Assembly: GCA_951406725.2 (NCBI GenBank)
Contig: OX597822.1
Location: forward strand, 77,996,001 to 78,060,000
Direction: 5' to 3'
Source: Octopus vulgaris
Taxonomy: Eukaryota
Length of the DNA: 64,000 nt
The position numbers and the translations under genes were made by a program. Shown in pieces: positions 28,922 through 42,810 of this stretch (positions are counted from its first letter, which is position 1; every line of letters begins with the position of its first letter). The notes under the pieces were generated by a model, which was not told the DNA's origin, made no database searches, and was given only the letters and a program-made list of their open reading frames with translations.

Positions 28922-29619
28922 GCACATTCATACATTATATGTATAAAGATATATGTAGGTATAGATATACATGTGTGTGTGTTGTTGTTGTTGTTGTTGT
29001 TTAATTCTTGGTTAGTTTGTTCTGAAAACACAATATTCTATCAACAAATATTTGTATGTACACAATAGTTTTCTTAGGAAATACGCACAAATGTGCACAA
29101 TATTTTAAAAACCAACTTTTCAATACGTTGACGTACATCGTTGTCCATTCGTTGTCCATTCTCATACGATATTCCACAAAACAAATATTTTGTTTATAAT
29201 TTACTTTCTTTATTTTCTGTTGTTGCCTATATTTCTTTTCATGCAAAAACTAAGCAAAATGACCTTAGATGCCTTTGTCCATTTTGGCATCATTCAAAAC
29301 CCAACAAATATAAACCCGTACTGATAAAGAAACAAAAGTGGTTCACAACAACAACAACAACCTCAACAGTTGAAAAGCAAACATGTACCCCAATGCCGAC
29401 ACATGTGAATAGTAATCGCAACTGAGGTGACAGTGAAATCGACATTCTCATGAACTCAAGGGTCACTCTTTCTCAAAATGAAAACGTCCACGCCTTATGT
29501 GGAAAGCGTATTGCTAAAAGTGTTGCTCGTCTTTTTAATAACCAGAGTCGACCACAATATATTCCAATATTAGAATACGTCATAAACTTCATTGACTTAA
29601 GTATTTCCTGGTGAACAGA

Positions 29620-30630
29620 ATACATGTTGCGATCGGTGGCATTTATTCAAGCCCAGCAAAGGTCACCTAGCGATGGTGCGCTTCAGAAAACTGTTTTGGG
29701 CCCGCTTCACTTTATCGTCTATATAAACAGCATGATCATCAAACACAGCAGCATTAGAATTTTTGCGGATGACTTTATGCTTCTGAAAGTCGTCGACAGG
29801 ACAGGGCAGAGCAGGAGATCAGACTGATCTCCATTCGGATCTACTCGTTATCTACTGTTGAACTAACACAATATACAGCTAAACGAGAATAAATTTGATT
29901 TATTACGGGCGGCAAAGAGGTTGCACTTAAGCTACTATACACTCTCTTTCCTCGGGCGAAAACCTTGTGGTTTCAAAGGGACCTTGGAGTAACTGTCGAC
30001 AACAGCTTAAACTGGAGTGCCCACATAAACAACAAAGTCGATATGGCTTGCAGGCCCAACTCCTAGATCCTTAGACTTCTCGGCTTGAAGACACTCTTAC
30101 CAGTTTTCTTCTTTTATCTACTTTCGATTGTCCTTACCCTAAATATTGCTGCCCACGGTGGTTTCCTACACGGAACAAAATATTACGAAGATTGAAGCGC
30201 CCCAGAAATCGATCACAAAAATAAAATACACAACACGACAAGTTTTGATTACTGGTATCGTCTCGAGAAACTCAAACTTCATTCTCACCAACGCAGTCAT
30301 TAGCCCTAGGTCATCTATATGGCGTGGAAAGTATTCCCGCAGCATTGCCCAAACGATGTTGGCGTTAATTTTAAAATTTGTCCAAGGCTTGGTCCTCGTG
30401 TCATCCGAACTCTACAAAAATCGTGCTCCCGTCACATCACGACACTAAGACAGAACTATTTCACTGCCACTGACCCTGCTCTCGTAAGCATCATGCTAAG
30501 ATGTAAAAGAGAAGAAAAACATTTCATAACACTTAAATGGGTCTTGGATAAATATTACCAACAAATTCCAGATAAACCACCTACAGCTGGATCAATCTCT
30601 GCAAACAACAATTCTTTCCTCGAATAGGCT
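29620..30630 (+). mobile_element. CR1/L2-group LINE 3' part (RT pseudogene)
   Basis: QKTVLGPLHFIVYIN...SSIRIFADD (RT QGxxLGP and FADD motifs), DLGVTVDNSLNWSAHINN, DYWYRLEKLKL; multiple frameshifts. Confidence 0.85.
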
Positions 30631-30747
30631 TACAGAATGACTGTGGTATGAAACATCGTTAAATGTCTTTGCTAACAGGAGCTATTAAGTTAGTCATGGC
30701 CTGGGTCAATTCTGGCTGAAACTCATATCAGTATGAAAGTTTCTCAG

Positions 30748-30795
<48 letters not shown>

Positions 30796-31060
30796 TAAAT
30801 TAGAGATAAAACCACTATTAGGCAAATCAAACAATGAAAAACATAAGCCAATACATAAAATTAATTAATTTATATTATTTTAAATATATATCAAAAGTAT
30901 TAAAAGTTTAATAAAAGATAAGAGTAGAACACTACGATCGTTTCATGGCTGTACAATTCGTAATAATTCGAGTTATGGTTACAGTCAATCTTCAGGTTAA
31001 TTGAAATATCTAAAATATAATCAGAAATATTTAAACAATATTTTTAAGATATAAATATAA

Positions 31061-31123
<63 letters not shown>

Positions 31124-31967
31124 TGTATATTTGTTAAAGAGGACACCAAACATCTCAAGTCATATACAATATTATTATAGGAAGAAATTCAAAGTCTTAC
31201 AACTGTTTCTGGGATATCACCGAGTACGAGATATTCCGTCATGAGAGACAAATAGGGAGGGGATATAGAAAATGAGAATGGTATATATTAATAGAGGAAG
31301 GGAGTAAAAGAATAAGGAAATGGAAAGAGAAAAGGAAAAAATAATATTAAAGTTCATGTGGGGGAGGGGGCTTCGATTCATTCCACTAAAGATTTTTCAA
31401 GACGGTGCTCCAGCATGGTCTCAATCTAATGACAGAAACAAAAGATAAGATATACATACATGCATGCATGCATACATACATACATACATACAGACAGACA
31501 GACAGACAGGCAGACAGACAAGCTGACAGGCACTCAGGCATGCATTTAACACTGATTATGAAAAGATGATTTGTATATTCCAAAATCTTCGTCACATGCT
31601 TCATATTTTGTGACCTGGTTTATTGTTCTGTGTATTTCAGGTTCTCTGTATTACAGGGGGAAGGTTTAAAGAGCAGTTGACTTATGCTATTTACATTAAG
31701 ATTGGTTACGTAACAGGAGTATAAAGTACAAGTAAATGGAAGTCGAAACACGATCGTCCAATTCTCTAGAGCCACAAGAAGAATATACCTCTAAAATATA
31801 TAGTACACGATCCTCCTGTGATGCAAACACGTATAGACATACATACATACATACATACATACATACATACATACATACATACATACATACATACATACAT
31901 ACATACATACATACATACATACGTATGTGCGTGTATCTGTGTATGACTGTGTATTTCTGTGTACATA

Positions 31968-32834
31968 TACACATGGTGCAACGGGTAAATTGTCGTCATT
32001 TTATAATCTTAATTTCGCGAATGTGCTTTGTTTGTTTTTGATTTTGTCCATTACGCAGTATAATAGGGTCAGTGGGGCACCGTCTGTGAGAAAAACAGCA
32101 CCATGATGCAATTCCTTCTGCGAGAAGTTTGGAAACGACAAGCTGTACTGCTTGGCATTCGCGCCGGAAGCTCCTATACGAACATTTCAGAGTGTTTGGG
32201 TGTCAATCTGAGGACAGTGCAGAGGATTCGAATACATAAAAATCAAACATCCAGTAAACATCATGGTGTTTAGAGTGATCACTAGTGATGGCGACGTTAT
32301 ACCTCCATTCATCTTCCCACACGACCTCAGACTCAACACGGAGGCCTACATCAAGTGACTTCAGTGGGTAGTGCTGCCCTGTGTGAAGCGGGTGGCTGCT
32401 GGATGACTCTATGTCTGGCAACAGGATTCTGCACCATGCCACACAAACGGGAGAACCCAGTCATGGCTGTCAGACAGTTTCCGCGATTACATCGCCCCTA
32501 ACATCTGGTCACCTAACTCCCCAGACTGCAGCTCCCTTGATTACTATGTGTGGGGCGCAGCTGAGCGAGAGACCAACAAAACCCCTTGTAATACCAAAGA
32601 TGAATTGAAGGCAAGGATTATAGCAGCATTCACCAACTTAAACAAGGAGAACATCCAGAAGAATTTCAGGAGATCCCGACGTCGTCTGTGGGCTGTGGTT
32701 GAAGCCAATGGCGATTTTATTGAATAAATTTACTCTTTAGTATTTCAAGATATTTTTATGTAATTTTGGTAGATACATCTGTTAAAATAAGATGTCAGTA
32801 TTATTTCATTTAGATGACGATTTATTCACCGCAC

Positions 32835-32840
<6 letters not shown>
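31968..32840 (+). mobile_element. Internally deleted maT (DD37D) Tc1/mariner element
   Basis: KHPVNIMVF...YVWQQDSAPCHT...WSPNSPDCSSLDYYVWG...VVEANGDFIE*, with 37 residues between the second and third Asp and in-frame stops. Imperfect TIRs ggtgcaacgggtaaattgtcgtc / gacgatttattcaccgcacc. Confidence 0.9.
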
Positions 32841-32898
<58 letters not shown>

Positions 32899-33149
32899 TA
32901 TAACTATATTTGTGTGCTTATATTGTTTTTTTCATATACTCGTTTCAATCATTAGACACATACATACATAATCTAATATTTAAGTTATATTTAAGTTTTG
33001 GAAATGTTCCTAGTAGTACGTCAATAAAGCACGTTCACTGCCTATCGCTGCACCCGTGTATTCCATTTTCCGTCTCTGTCATTTGTTTGATATGTGTGAA
33101 TGTATGGTGTATGCTTGAATATATATATGTGTGTGTACGTGCATAAATG

Positions 33150-33210
<61 letters not shown>

Positions 33211-33260
33211 ATACATATATATATATGAAAATTTGTATGTAAATATGTATATATATATAT

Positions 33261-33313
<53 letters not shown>

Positions 33314-33887
33314 GGGGCGCTACAATTCGACAAGTGAAAACTCAACTAGTAACATTTCAGCAAGTGCCATAACATTCACATTCGCACACACATACACACG
33401 CACACACACACGCAGATACATACATACATGTATGCATACATATACACGCATATATGTACACACACATATATACACACATACGTATATATATATTTATATA
33501 CATACACACACATACATACACACACACATATATATATATATATATATTTCATCATATATATATGCGTGTGTACGCGTAAGTACATGCATAAGAAATTATT
33601 AGAGTGGGCTGCATCTACAGACGCATATAAACAAAGATTTTGTAACCATGCACTCACATGCTGTATCAGATGACTCCCCAAACTCATATATAACGTGTGT
33701 AGCAGATACGTTTATTTTTTAACACCGCTGTGTTTATTTTACTCTGCACCTTCCCTAACGAAACAAGGTTTCAATTCGACTGTGCTTTGCAGATACGGTG
33801 GCTATCGTTTACGGTTTATTTGTTTCTTTCATCATTAATATTTATCGTTTTAGTATGGTAAGACATTAGTTACGATGACTACACACG

Positions 33888-33941
<54 letters not shown>

Positions 33942-33951
33942 CTCTCTTTCT

Positions 33952-33989
<38 letters not shown>

Positions 33990-34241
33990 CGTGCGTGTGC
34001 GAATTTATAATGGCTAAAGAGCCAGAAACGCATCTGGTAATCCGATACCAGGCATCATTTGTGAGACATGGTACTTTTACGCCATCGGTGACTGCAGTGA
34101 ATTTGCCTTTAGGAGTTGAAATATGTCACAACTACATTTTAACTAACCTAAAGTTCGCTTGTACCTAAATACTGCTCGGTGCTGATACTGCAGTATACGC
34201 ACGCACGCGCGCATGCGCGCACACACGTGTGTGTATATATT

Positions 34242-34311
<70 letters not shown>

Positions 34312-35306
34312 CAGAGATATAGAGGGGGAGATATAGACAGAAAAGTGTATGGATAAACAAATCGATAGTTATTACACACATATATTTATACAAATATCTA
34401 AATATACATATATATATATATATTCATACATACATACATATTTACTCACATTTAAATATACATATATATGTATGTATGAATGTATGTATATATACATACA
34501 CATTCATTTACACGCGTATATGGCAGTAAAAAATATTTTCATTCCTTTCACAAAATGTCCGCTGGTTGTTTTGCTAGGGTTTACAATACAAAGGGAGACT
34601 ACTGCAGCGTATTGTCGATGATCTAAAGACATGTACCGGAAATATTTACAACCTTGAGAAAATGCCAGGTTTTATAACAAAATTATTAGCCTATGGGAAT
34701 GGAATTTAGCCAAAAGGAACGTTCATATTTCACAACGAAACAGAGAAAACACTGTTTAAGACAAAGATTTTACATGAATGAATTCGCTTTGCGTTTGTTC
34801 GTCACGACGTGTGCCATAGATGCCGAGGTATTTACAAAAAATTATTATACAAAAGGGTTATAAATAAAGACAGGGTGACAATCGAATATGATACCAAGTA
34901 TAGGAAATAATCATAGACTATTGACGTATCAGTATATCTGGTTGCTTTAAGAAGCGAAAAGACTGAATTTTCATACAAGAAATATTCATCATGTTGATTA
35001 TTAAAAAGAATGAAATGGTGTTATACATGCTCACTTATGATTAGAAATACAAGATCTTAATGTTATATTTAATGTTATATTTCTTCACTTCAGCTTTATC
35101 ATTATTATTTTTTGTGTCCTTACAATTCCGAAATAAATAAATATCTTGTTTCAGCACACGATTCCACATCAGGAAACTAGCAAAACAAATACATAAAGGT
35201 AATCTTTGTAATGAATAAGAACAAAAATGCGTGTATTATACGCATCCTCTTCTCTTGGACTTCCATTTAAAATTTAAACTTTTAATCCCGCCAAGATCTA
35301 TATGGA

Positions 35307-35884
35307 AACAAGAGAACTCTGAAAGCGCAAACTTCCGCCAAGGCAACACCAACGTCCTCTCAACAATTAGCCGGAGATGATTTTTAAAATGAGAATATAT
35401 GAAATAAACTCGATCGCTCTCACAAACGAGGATATTAAAAATGAACCCGACCGCTCTCAAAAATTAAGTAAACACCGGAAAAATAATCCAGAATTCTTGT
35501 CCGGTACCTGATCGATCCCAATGGTAGTCATGGAATGTGAAGGTGGCTGTAGAAAATTTAGTAATAAATAGTTTGTCCTTATCTAATACCAGCCAAAGTT
35601 AATAAATTCACCATTCAAAATAGTTACAGCCTAAAGGGAGACAAGTGAGAAAGACTTGAAAGTTAACGTAAGATCGTAATCATATAAGTAAATATATCAA
35701 ATAATCCAGAATCCTTGTCTGGTACCGGGTCGATCCCCAAATCTACTCAGTTCGTGCCAGTCACAAGGCCAAACATCCCTGAAATTTTCATTCGAATGTA
35801 TCCAGCGGTTCTTGAGATATCTTGCCCACAGGCAAACAAACACGACTGAAACCAATATCTCCGCCTTCGCTAAGGCGGTAATAA
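35307..35884 (-). mobile_element. DINE-1/HINE-like (Helentron-associated) non-autonomous element
   Basis: One end is aacaagag...acttccgccaagg; the other is atctccgccttcgctaaggcggtaataa (subTIR plus inverted repeat). Internal direct repeat aaataatccagaat...gatccc at 35481 and 35699. Confidence 0.6.
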
Positions 35885-36559
35885 CTATCACCCTTAGAAC
35901 TGGCCAACAAGGCCCACCACATGTCTGAAACAGCCATCAATAGTAAGGTATGATCTGATTGTGTGGTTGAGAACTAATACGTAGGTATTTATGTATGTGC
36001 CTGTATTTACGTAGGCGTGTATTTATGTACATTTATATTTATGCATATGCGTCTACATAATCTTTTACCGATGTATATCACTGAAAGGTATAAACAACAG
36101 TGATGTAACAATATGTAACTTTGTGAGCGAAATCTCCCGAGGGATATGTTCTGCATCAAAAAATAATCTAAACCCCCACCCCCACCCCTGCCATTTTTAC
36201 TGTCGAATATTCAGTGAAATAGCAACTGGCCCATTGAAAACGGGTAACCAATGGCGCTGCTGTTTACTGGATTGCGGTGTAAGATAAATATGTGCAAAAA
36301 AATGCTTAGCTTAAAAGGAAAGGACGCGAAGATTAGGTAATTGAAGTGAATGGGAGAAGTGTAAAGTGAGATGAGAGTCGTGGTGGAGACAGCCGGGTGT
36401 TTGGTGCCAGAGACAGGGGGTGAGGTGATAGGTGGTGGCGGGGGAAGGGCTATCAGTGTAGTATGAGTTAATCAGCAACAGAGACTCGGATGCACAGTCG
36501 CAAAGAAACCAAACCCTAAGAGAATGAAGCCAAAGAAGCACGGGTTTCATAGGTGTAGT

Positions 36560-36900
36560 GAGTGTCAGAGTATTAAATCGCGTAGAAAGATGTTCTTACA
36601 CGAGAAGTTATCTGATATTCGGTGAGTTGCTGGGTAGCTTTTAGAGAATGATGCTGATAAACTCCAAAGATCTAAGAGGTGAAAGGAAATTGGGGAGTAA
36701 AATTGAAGAGAACTAAACTTGTATTTCAGAATATCAGAGACTTATTGCGGACATCCAACAGGTATCCAGGGAAACATCATCCAGAGGTGGTTAATCACTA
36801 TATTCATAGTACCAAAATATACAGAAGTAAATCAGATGGGCAGAAGTGCAATAGAAATGGTTGGAAATGTCGACAATAGCCCCATGGGTTGAGGTATCAA
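36560..36900 (-). pseudogene. Highly decayed Penelope-like GIY-YIG fragment
   Basis: Minus strand ISNHFYCTSAHLIY and YLLDVRNKS resemble the PLE endonuclease FxCxSxNLIY...HLxDVR pattern. Confidence 0.4.
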
Positions 36901-37219
36901 TCAATTCTTCAAATTCTGCCACCCACTCCATCTTCCAGCATGCGTGATTTTCTTCGAGTCACACTTCTGCTCTTTTGAGGACGGTGCCTAAGTATGTCCC
37001 ACTTTTTTCTATGTGGTTCAAATGAAATAAATTGACCCACTTATATTGTCCGATTCTCATTTGATTGTTCTCTATTTATTAAACATTTTGTCTCAGAGAG
37101 TTTTAGAGCCCCTTAGTTATAAAAAAAATGAGAGTAGGTTTCCTTCGCAAGTCATATAGACTTATAGGGCCGCTTTCTTGGTTTCCATGCCTGGTTTCCC
37201 GTCCAAGTGCGGGACGAGT

Positions 37220-37281
37220 CGTGTTCTGTCCTCACCTTCGAAACACGCTGGAGTTGAACTAGGGACAGCTGATGAAGGGGA
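37220..37281 (+). ncRNA. Candidate non-circularly permuted hammerhead ribozyme
   Basis: CGUG-UU-CUGUCCU ca CCU-uc-GAAA-CACG [14 nt] GGGACAG-CUGAUGA-AGG. Stem III 5 bp, stem I 7 bp (one GU), stem II 3-4 bp, intact core. Confidence 0.65.
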
Positions 37282-37573
37282 TTTTTCCTTGTGTGTTTGT
37301 CTTGTACTCTGTTTTTTCGTTGTTAAAAAAAAGGTCCGTTCCATGCTTGTTTTTACGTTTTCGTTTCTCGTTGAGTTCTACGTCTATTTATGGTGTCCTG
37401 TACTCACGTATATATATTTATATATGCATGCATATATACATGTAGATGTAGGTACGTACATATATGTATGTATGTATGTATATATTTTACTTATTACACT
37501 ATTGTATGACTGAGCGCCCTCGCGTCGATTCGATTCGATTCGTTTCGTTTCGTTTCTTCTTCTCTAAGCTAGT

Positions 37574-37617
<44 letters not shown>

Positions 37618-37757
37618 ACATACATACATATATATATGTGTGTGTGTATAATATGTATATGTATGTATGTATATGTATATATGTGTGTGTACATAGATAT
37701 ATGTAATTATATATATATATATATATATATATAGATAGATAGATAGATAGCTAGATT

Positions 37758-37793
<36 letters not shown>

Positions 37794-38239
37794 CATACAT
37801 ACATACATACATACATACATACATACATACATACATACATACATACATAGTCATACACACACACACACACACACTCTTATTGGAACAATCGAACTGTAAG
37901 CATACAAAAAGCAGTGAGACGAGACATGCAAAGATTAAATAAGCAACGGATAGTGTTTCAGAAATACGGTAGTAACAGGGAGACGAGTTAGACTAGCAAG
38001 TTATGCGCTCAACATGTATGCTATTGAAATATGTTACGATATCTGCTAAAATATAATTATCTAACAAACAAATGTAGTCTGGTCCGTTACAGAACAAATA
38101 TTTGCTGTCACGTTTATTAGCCTTGTTTTATTCAGCCTCGCTCGTCTCCAATGTTAGGGCAAACATTTGCACTCCTTGTCGTTCTCAAAATCACCTCCAC
38201 TATATGTATTCTTTTATTCGTTTTTTTTCTTCTCGTTTT

Positions 38240-38460
38240 TCCTTGTGTCAGTCATTTGACTACGGCCATGCTGGAGTACCGCCTTAAAGGGTTTTAGTCG
38301 AAGAAATTGCCCCCCCACCACCACCACCACCCCGGACTTATTGTTTGTAAGGCAAATGCTTATTCTATTGAGCTGTTTTGCCGAACCGCTACGTTACGGG
38401 GACGTAAACTCACCAGCATCGGTTGTCAAGTGATGCTGGTGGGACAAACACAGAAAAACA
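38240..38460 (-). mobile_element. SINE family B, 3' half
   Basis: cagtcatttgactacggccatgctggagtaccgcc matches the B tail in reverse. Confidence 0.8.
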
Positions 38461-38582
38461 CACATACACAAATATATACACGCTCACGCACACACACACA
38501 TACATACACACATACATACATACATACATACATACATACATACATACATGTATGTATGTATGTATGTATGTATGTATGTATA

Positions 38583-38623
<41 letters not shown>

Positions 38624-38644
38624 TTTTATATATATACAGACACA

Positions 38645-38822
38645 TGAGGGGTGCTGAAAACTCCTGGCTTTAGTGGTATCGCGAAAGGCCTGGTGAAGGA
38701 CTGGTGTAATAATGCAATAAGTGTGTGAATCTGAGCGGGAACTAAATTGAATAAATTCATAATTAACTGACACTCCTGTATTTTCTTTTGCCCAAATCCA
38801 GGAACCTTTCAGTGTCCTCTCG
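38645..38822. mobile_element. Mariner-type MITE (same family as 2556-2776, opposite orientation)
   Basis: TIRs gaggggtgctgaaaactcctgg / ccaggaacctttcagtgtcctctcg-TA; shared interior gtgtgtgaatctgag. Confidence 0.8.
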
Positions 38823-39459
38823 TATATATATATATATATACCGTTGCTATTATGTTAAATTTTCGTATGTCAAAATTTGACCCAATGCGTTTTTTTTTTT
38901 TTTTCAATATTTATTTTTGCTTGCAATAGCCGGTTCTTATGGTCAAACTATCTTATCTCCAGTTGCTTCAGATGTCAAGATATCAAAAATTGTCAAATAG
39001 TAGTACAATGGTTTTGCTATGGAATAGTGATACTATTTTTGCGTTTTCTGAAAAAAAGCAACGTTTTGGACTTACGACACTTTTGCATAATAGCAGCGAT
39101 ATGTGTGTGTATACACGTGTGAGTGAATAAACACACAAATCACACCCATGCATACTTGTACATGTATATGTGTGTTTGTACATGTGAATAAACACAATCA
39201 CACACACACACACAAATATATACATATAGAGAAATAGTCCAACAAATATTAGCGGGCTAAAACTTCGAAATCACTGTCACCACTCTTATAAAAATTCAGT
39301 AAATATGCACTCTACAAAAACTGTATTGAGTATTTCTACAGTTTAACGTTAAATTGTTTTTACTAGAAATTGACATAAAAAACATTTATACGAACGCCGA
39401 TGCTCCAGCATGGCCGCAACTCTCCAGTTGAAAGTAGTAAAGAAAGCATGCACCCCCAC

Positions 39460-39812
39460 ACCACTCCACACACACACTAGTACTGACCACTTCCCAGCAT
39501 CCACAACACCCACACGCACACACCATCATCCACACACCCACACATAACCAACGTACACGCACCCGCACACACCCACACATGTCAAAGTCACTAGTCTCTA
39601 TCCACACACACAGATTTTCACATACAAACACACACACAAGCACCTTCGGTTTGGGATTACCAATACTTTATTATCTCCCCTTCTTACTACCTTAAATGTC
39701 AAACTTGTTTTCCAATCAGTCGCCATGCTTGATCGCTAAATCCACAAGTTTTATCATTCTTTCCCAATTTATTTTCTCTTATTCTTTTCTGTTGAAGAGC
39801 GTAGGCTCGAAA
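39460..39812 (+). mobile_element. Family G copy, truncated just after the hammerhead GAAA
   Basis: Reverse-complement homology to 6356-6650. Confidence 0.65.
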
Positions 39813-40168
39813 TTTCAGCAAATGACAGAATGAATACATTTCAAAGACACTCCCAAATATAATTTGCAAAACTTTTATACATGTTCCCTTTCGAGTGAAC
39901 GTTCGGTCTTTAGTTTTGAAAATTGTTTTTTGTAAGGGACGGACTACGCTTACGGAGTCTGCAGATATTTACATTCGTAAATATTAGCAGACGAAACCAT
40001 GATACGTAGATAATCGCTTTATTTTGTATATTTTCATTTGTCTTGCACATTTTTACATTCGGGCGTTTGCTGAAAGTTTTTTGAGAACACACTCTTCGTG
40101 GTAAGGCGAAATGACGTCTATTTTTAGTATATTAGGAATCCACTTTAGTGGTCATTCCTCTTATATTT

Positions 40169-40217
<49 letters not shown>

Positions 40218-40372
40218 AATTGAAAAAACTGGAGTCAACAAAAAGGGATACGGTTGGACATTTGTTTCTTAATCACTGCAATTGTTTCCACGCACAGGAG
40301 AAATCTGAAAGTGGACGACCTTTATACTGCTCTGTACTACATTCTGAACAGATTTTATTATAACTATATACA

Positions 40373-40435
<63 letters not shown>

Positions 40436-40674
40436 TATTTGTCTATTCAGTTTATCCTCATTGTGTAGAATGAATTCATCGACGAGACAAAATAAAATAA
40501 TATAAAAGATTTCGTAAAACCTGGGAAGTTATAAGACGAGTTGTAAGAATTTGAAGTGCACTGATCAACTAAAGGCTACATAAAATGTAATGAGCCAGAA
40601 AAGGCTATATAGCGTAATGAAATGCATAGCGTCGTCTATCTGTGTATTATGAAATAAAATAAAGAAGGGAAGGC

Positions 40675-40810
<136 letters not shown>

Positions 40811-41534
40811 CACATGTAAATAAATCAATAAACAAAATAGCGTGGAATGAATACACGAAGAACGATTCAGCGAAAGTATGAAGAAACACCCATAAATATT
40901 TTGAAAGAAAATATAAATGAATAAAGCTTTAAAACGATTCGTATTTCGAAATAAATAAATAGATAAATATAAAAATAAATAAATGAATAAATAAATAAAT
41001 ATGTAACGTGGAGTGAAAACATGAAGAGCGACTGAACGAATGTACGAAGAAACAAACAAGGTGAATTTGAAAGAAAATATAAATGGTAAGGCTTTAAAAT
41101 GTCCTTATATTTTGGAATAAAGAAATAAATTGAAGAGTAAATAAATAAAACAGTGGTTAATCCATCGTTTGTTATATTGAAATAATTCTTAGATGTCAGA
41201 TTTGGATATTAGTATTCGTTCTTGTTATTTTTCGATGGTGGTTTTTTTCATTGCCGCTCAAAAGAAAAATTATAAACTAAAATTGAATAAAATATAACCA
41301 AATGAATTAGAATTTTTTTTAAAAAGCATTAAAAGTCGAAGATATCAAGAGAACTAAAATGGACGCCGTCGGAAATAGAGTCCATCGCATAAGTACGAAA
41401 ATAAAAACAAAAAAATAACCTATTGTCAGGTAGAAAGTTTTCTGAGACGTTTGCCAACACATGAGTGCGATTTTATACATACATACATACATACATACAT
41501 ACATACATACATACATACATACATGCATACATAA

Positions 41535-41703
41535 TGGTACTCCGTCGGTTACGACGACGTGAATTCCAGTTGATCTGATCAACGGAATAGCTTACTCGTG
41601 AAATTAACGTGCAAGTGGCTGAACACTCCACAGACATGCGTACCCTTAACGTAGTTCTCGGGGAGATTCAGCGTGATACAGAATGTAATAAGGCTAGCTC
41701 TTT
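41535..41703 (-). mobile_element. SINE family D, 3' half
   Basis: ggtactccgtcggttacgacgac...ggagattcagcgtga. Confidence 0.85.
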
Positions 41704-41764
41704 CATACGGCAAGATACCCAGGGGCGGACACAAGTGTGGTAGCCTGAGGAGCACGTACACCTT

Positions 41765-41815
41765 CAAGAAACTTGGCTACGAAGTTTTTCCCCAACCAGC
41801 TTATTCTCCAGACCA
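41765..41815 (+). mobile_element. Mariner transposase fragment
   Basis: KKLGYEVFPQPAYSPD matches the mariner HPPYSPDL region. Confidence 0.55.
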
Positions 41816-42281
41816 TTTCTTTCTAAGTATTTAATATGTCATACCTATTTCTTAATCTTTAAGATATCAGTCAAGTACTGAAGTGGATATAATTAACTTG
41901 CCCCAATCCTTAAAAAATTGCTGTCCTTGTACGGAATTTAGAGGGTCACTAATAATATTGATTTCAAATGCTGGCACATGGCAAGCAATTTCGGGGAAGG
42001 GGGTATTTCGATTTCATTGACCTCAGTACACAAGTTGTATATATTTCATCGACTCAGACAGTATGAAAGGAACGTCGACCGTGGCGGAATTCGGCGAAAC
42101 TCGGGCGTGTTAACGATCTTGCCGGCTCGCCACCTTAAGGCCAATAACAATACTGAATCCACATTTTGGTACATAGTCAACAATTTTGGGGGATAATAAT
42201 AATACTACAAAGACTGGAGTTGATGTAAACGAATAACTCCACCCTACTAAAATTACTATAACATACCAAAACTTTGAAAGA

Positions 42282-42371
<90 letters not shown>

Positions 42372-42372
42372 T

Positions 42373-42810
42373 AGTGAGAGAGCAGTGCATGCCATCAAAG
42401 TGACACTGAGGTAAAATATACAAAGCCCAGTATACCCATCATGACTACCCGTCTGATAAGGGTACACTAGGCACATGCATCACAACCATATGTGTGCTAC
42501 ATGATGATTTTATATCAAAATAAACAGCACATGACCCTTCAGGTGGGGCCCAGTTAGAATTTTCTTCTGGTCGAGTAGCCCATCCCGCTCAAAAGGTCCC
42601 TGAATAAGGGTTGCTTAAGGATGTTGAACGAAACACCCATGTTTCCAGAGGGGAATTATTCGAACCCCAAAGAATCCCTCTCAACACATGGCTATGATTT
42701 TCCCCCACTACTTCTGCTCGTGATCAGAGATACACATATCGTCAGCCACTAAAGGACATGCTCAACTGGTTACGGTCAAACAACTGACAAGCAAATCTGT
42801 GGTATTGAGC
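42373..42810 (-). mobile_element. Family E repeat (truncated), next to (ATT)n
   Basis: Reverse complement of about 45946-46384; strand assignment assumes (AAT)n is the 3' flank. Confidence 0.8.

Noticed and set aside
31630-31835. Possible plus-strand exons (31640-31830, 33792-33857, 34580-34668, donor near 22425)
   Set aside because: Splice-like dinucleotides are present, but the peptides are unrecognisable and cannot be chained into a gene without transcript data.
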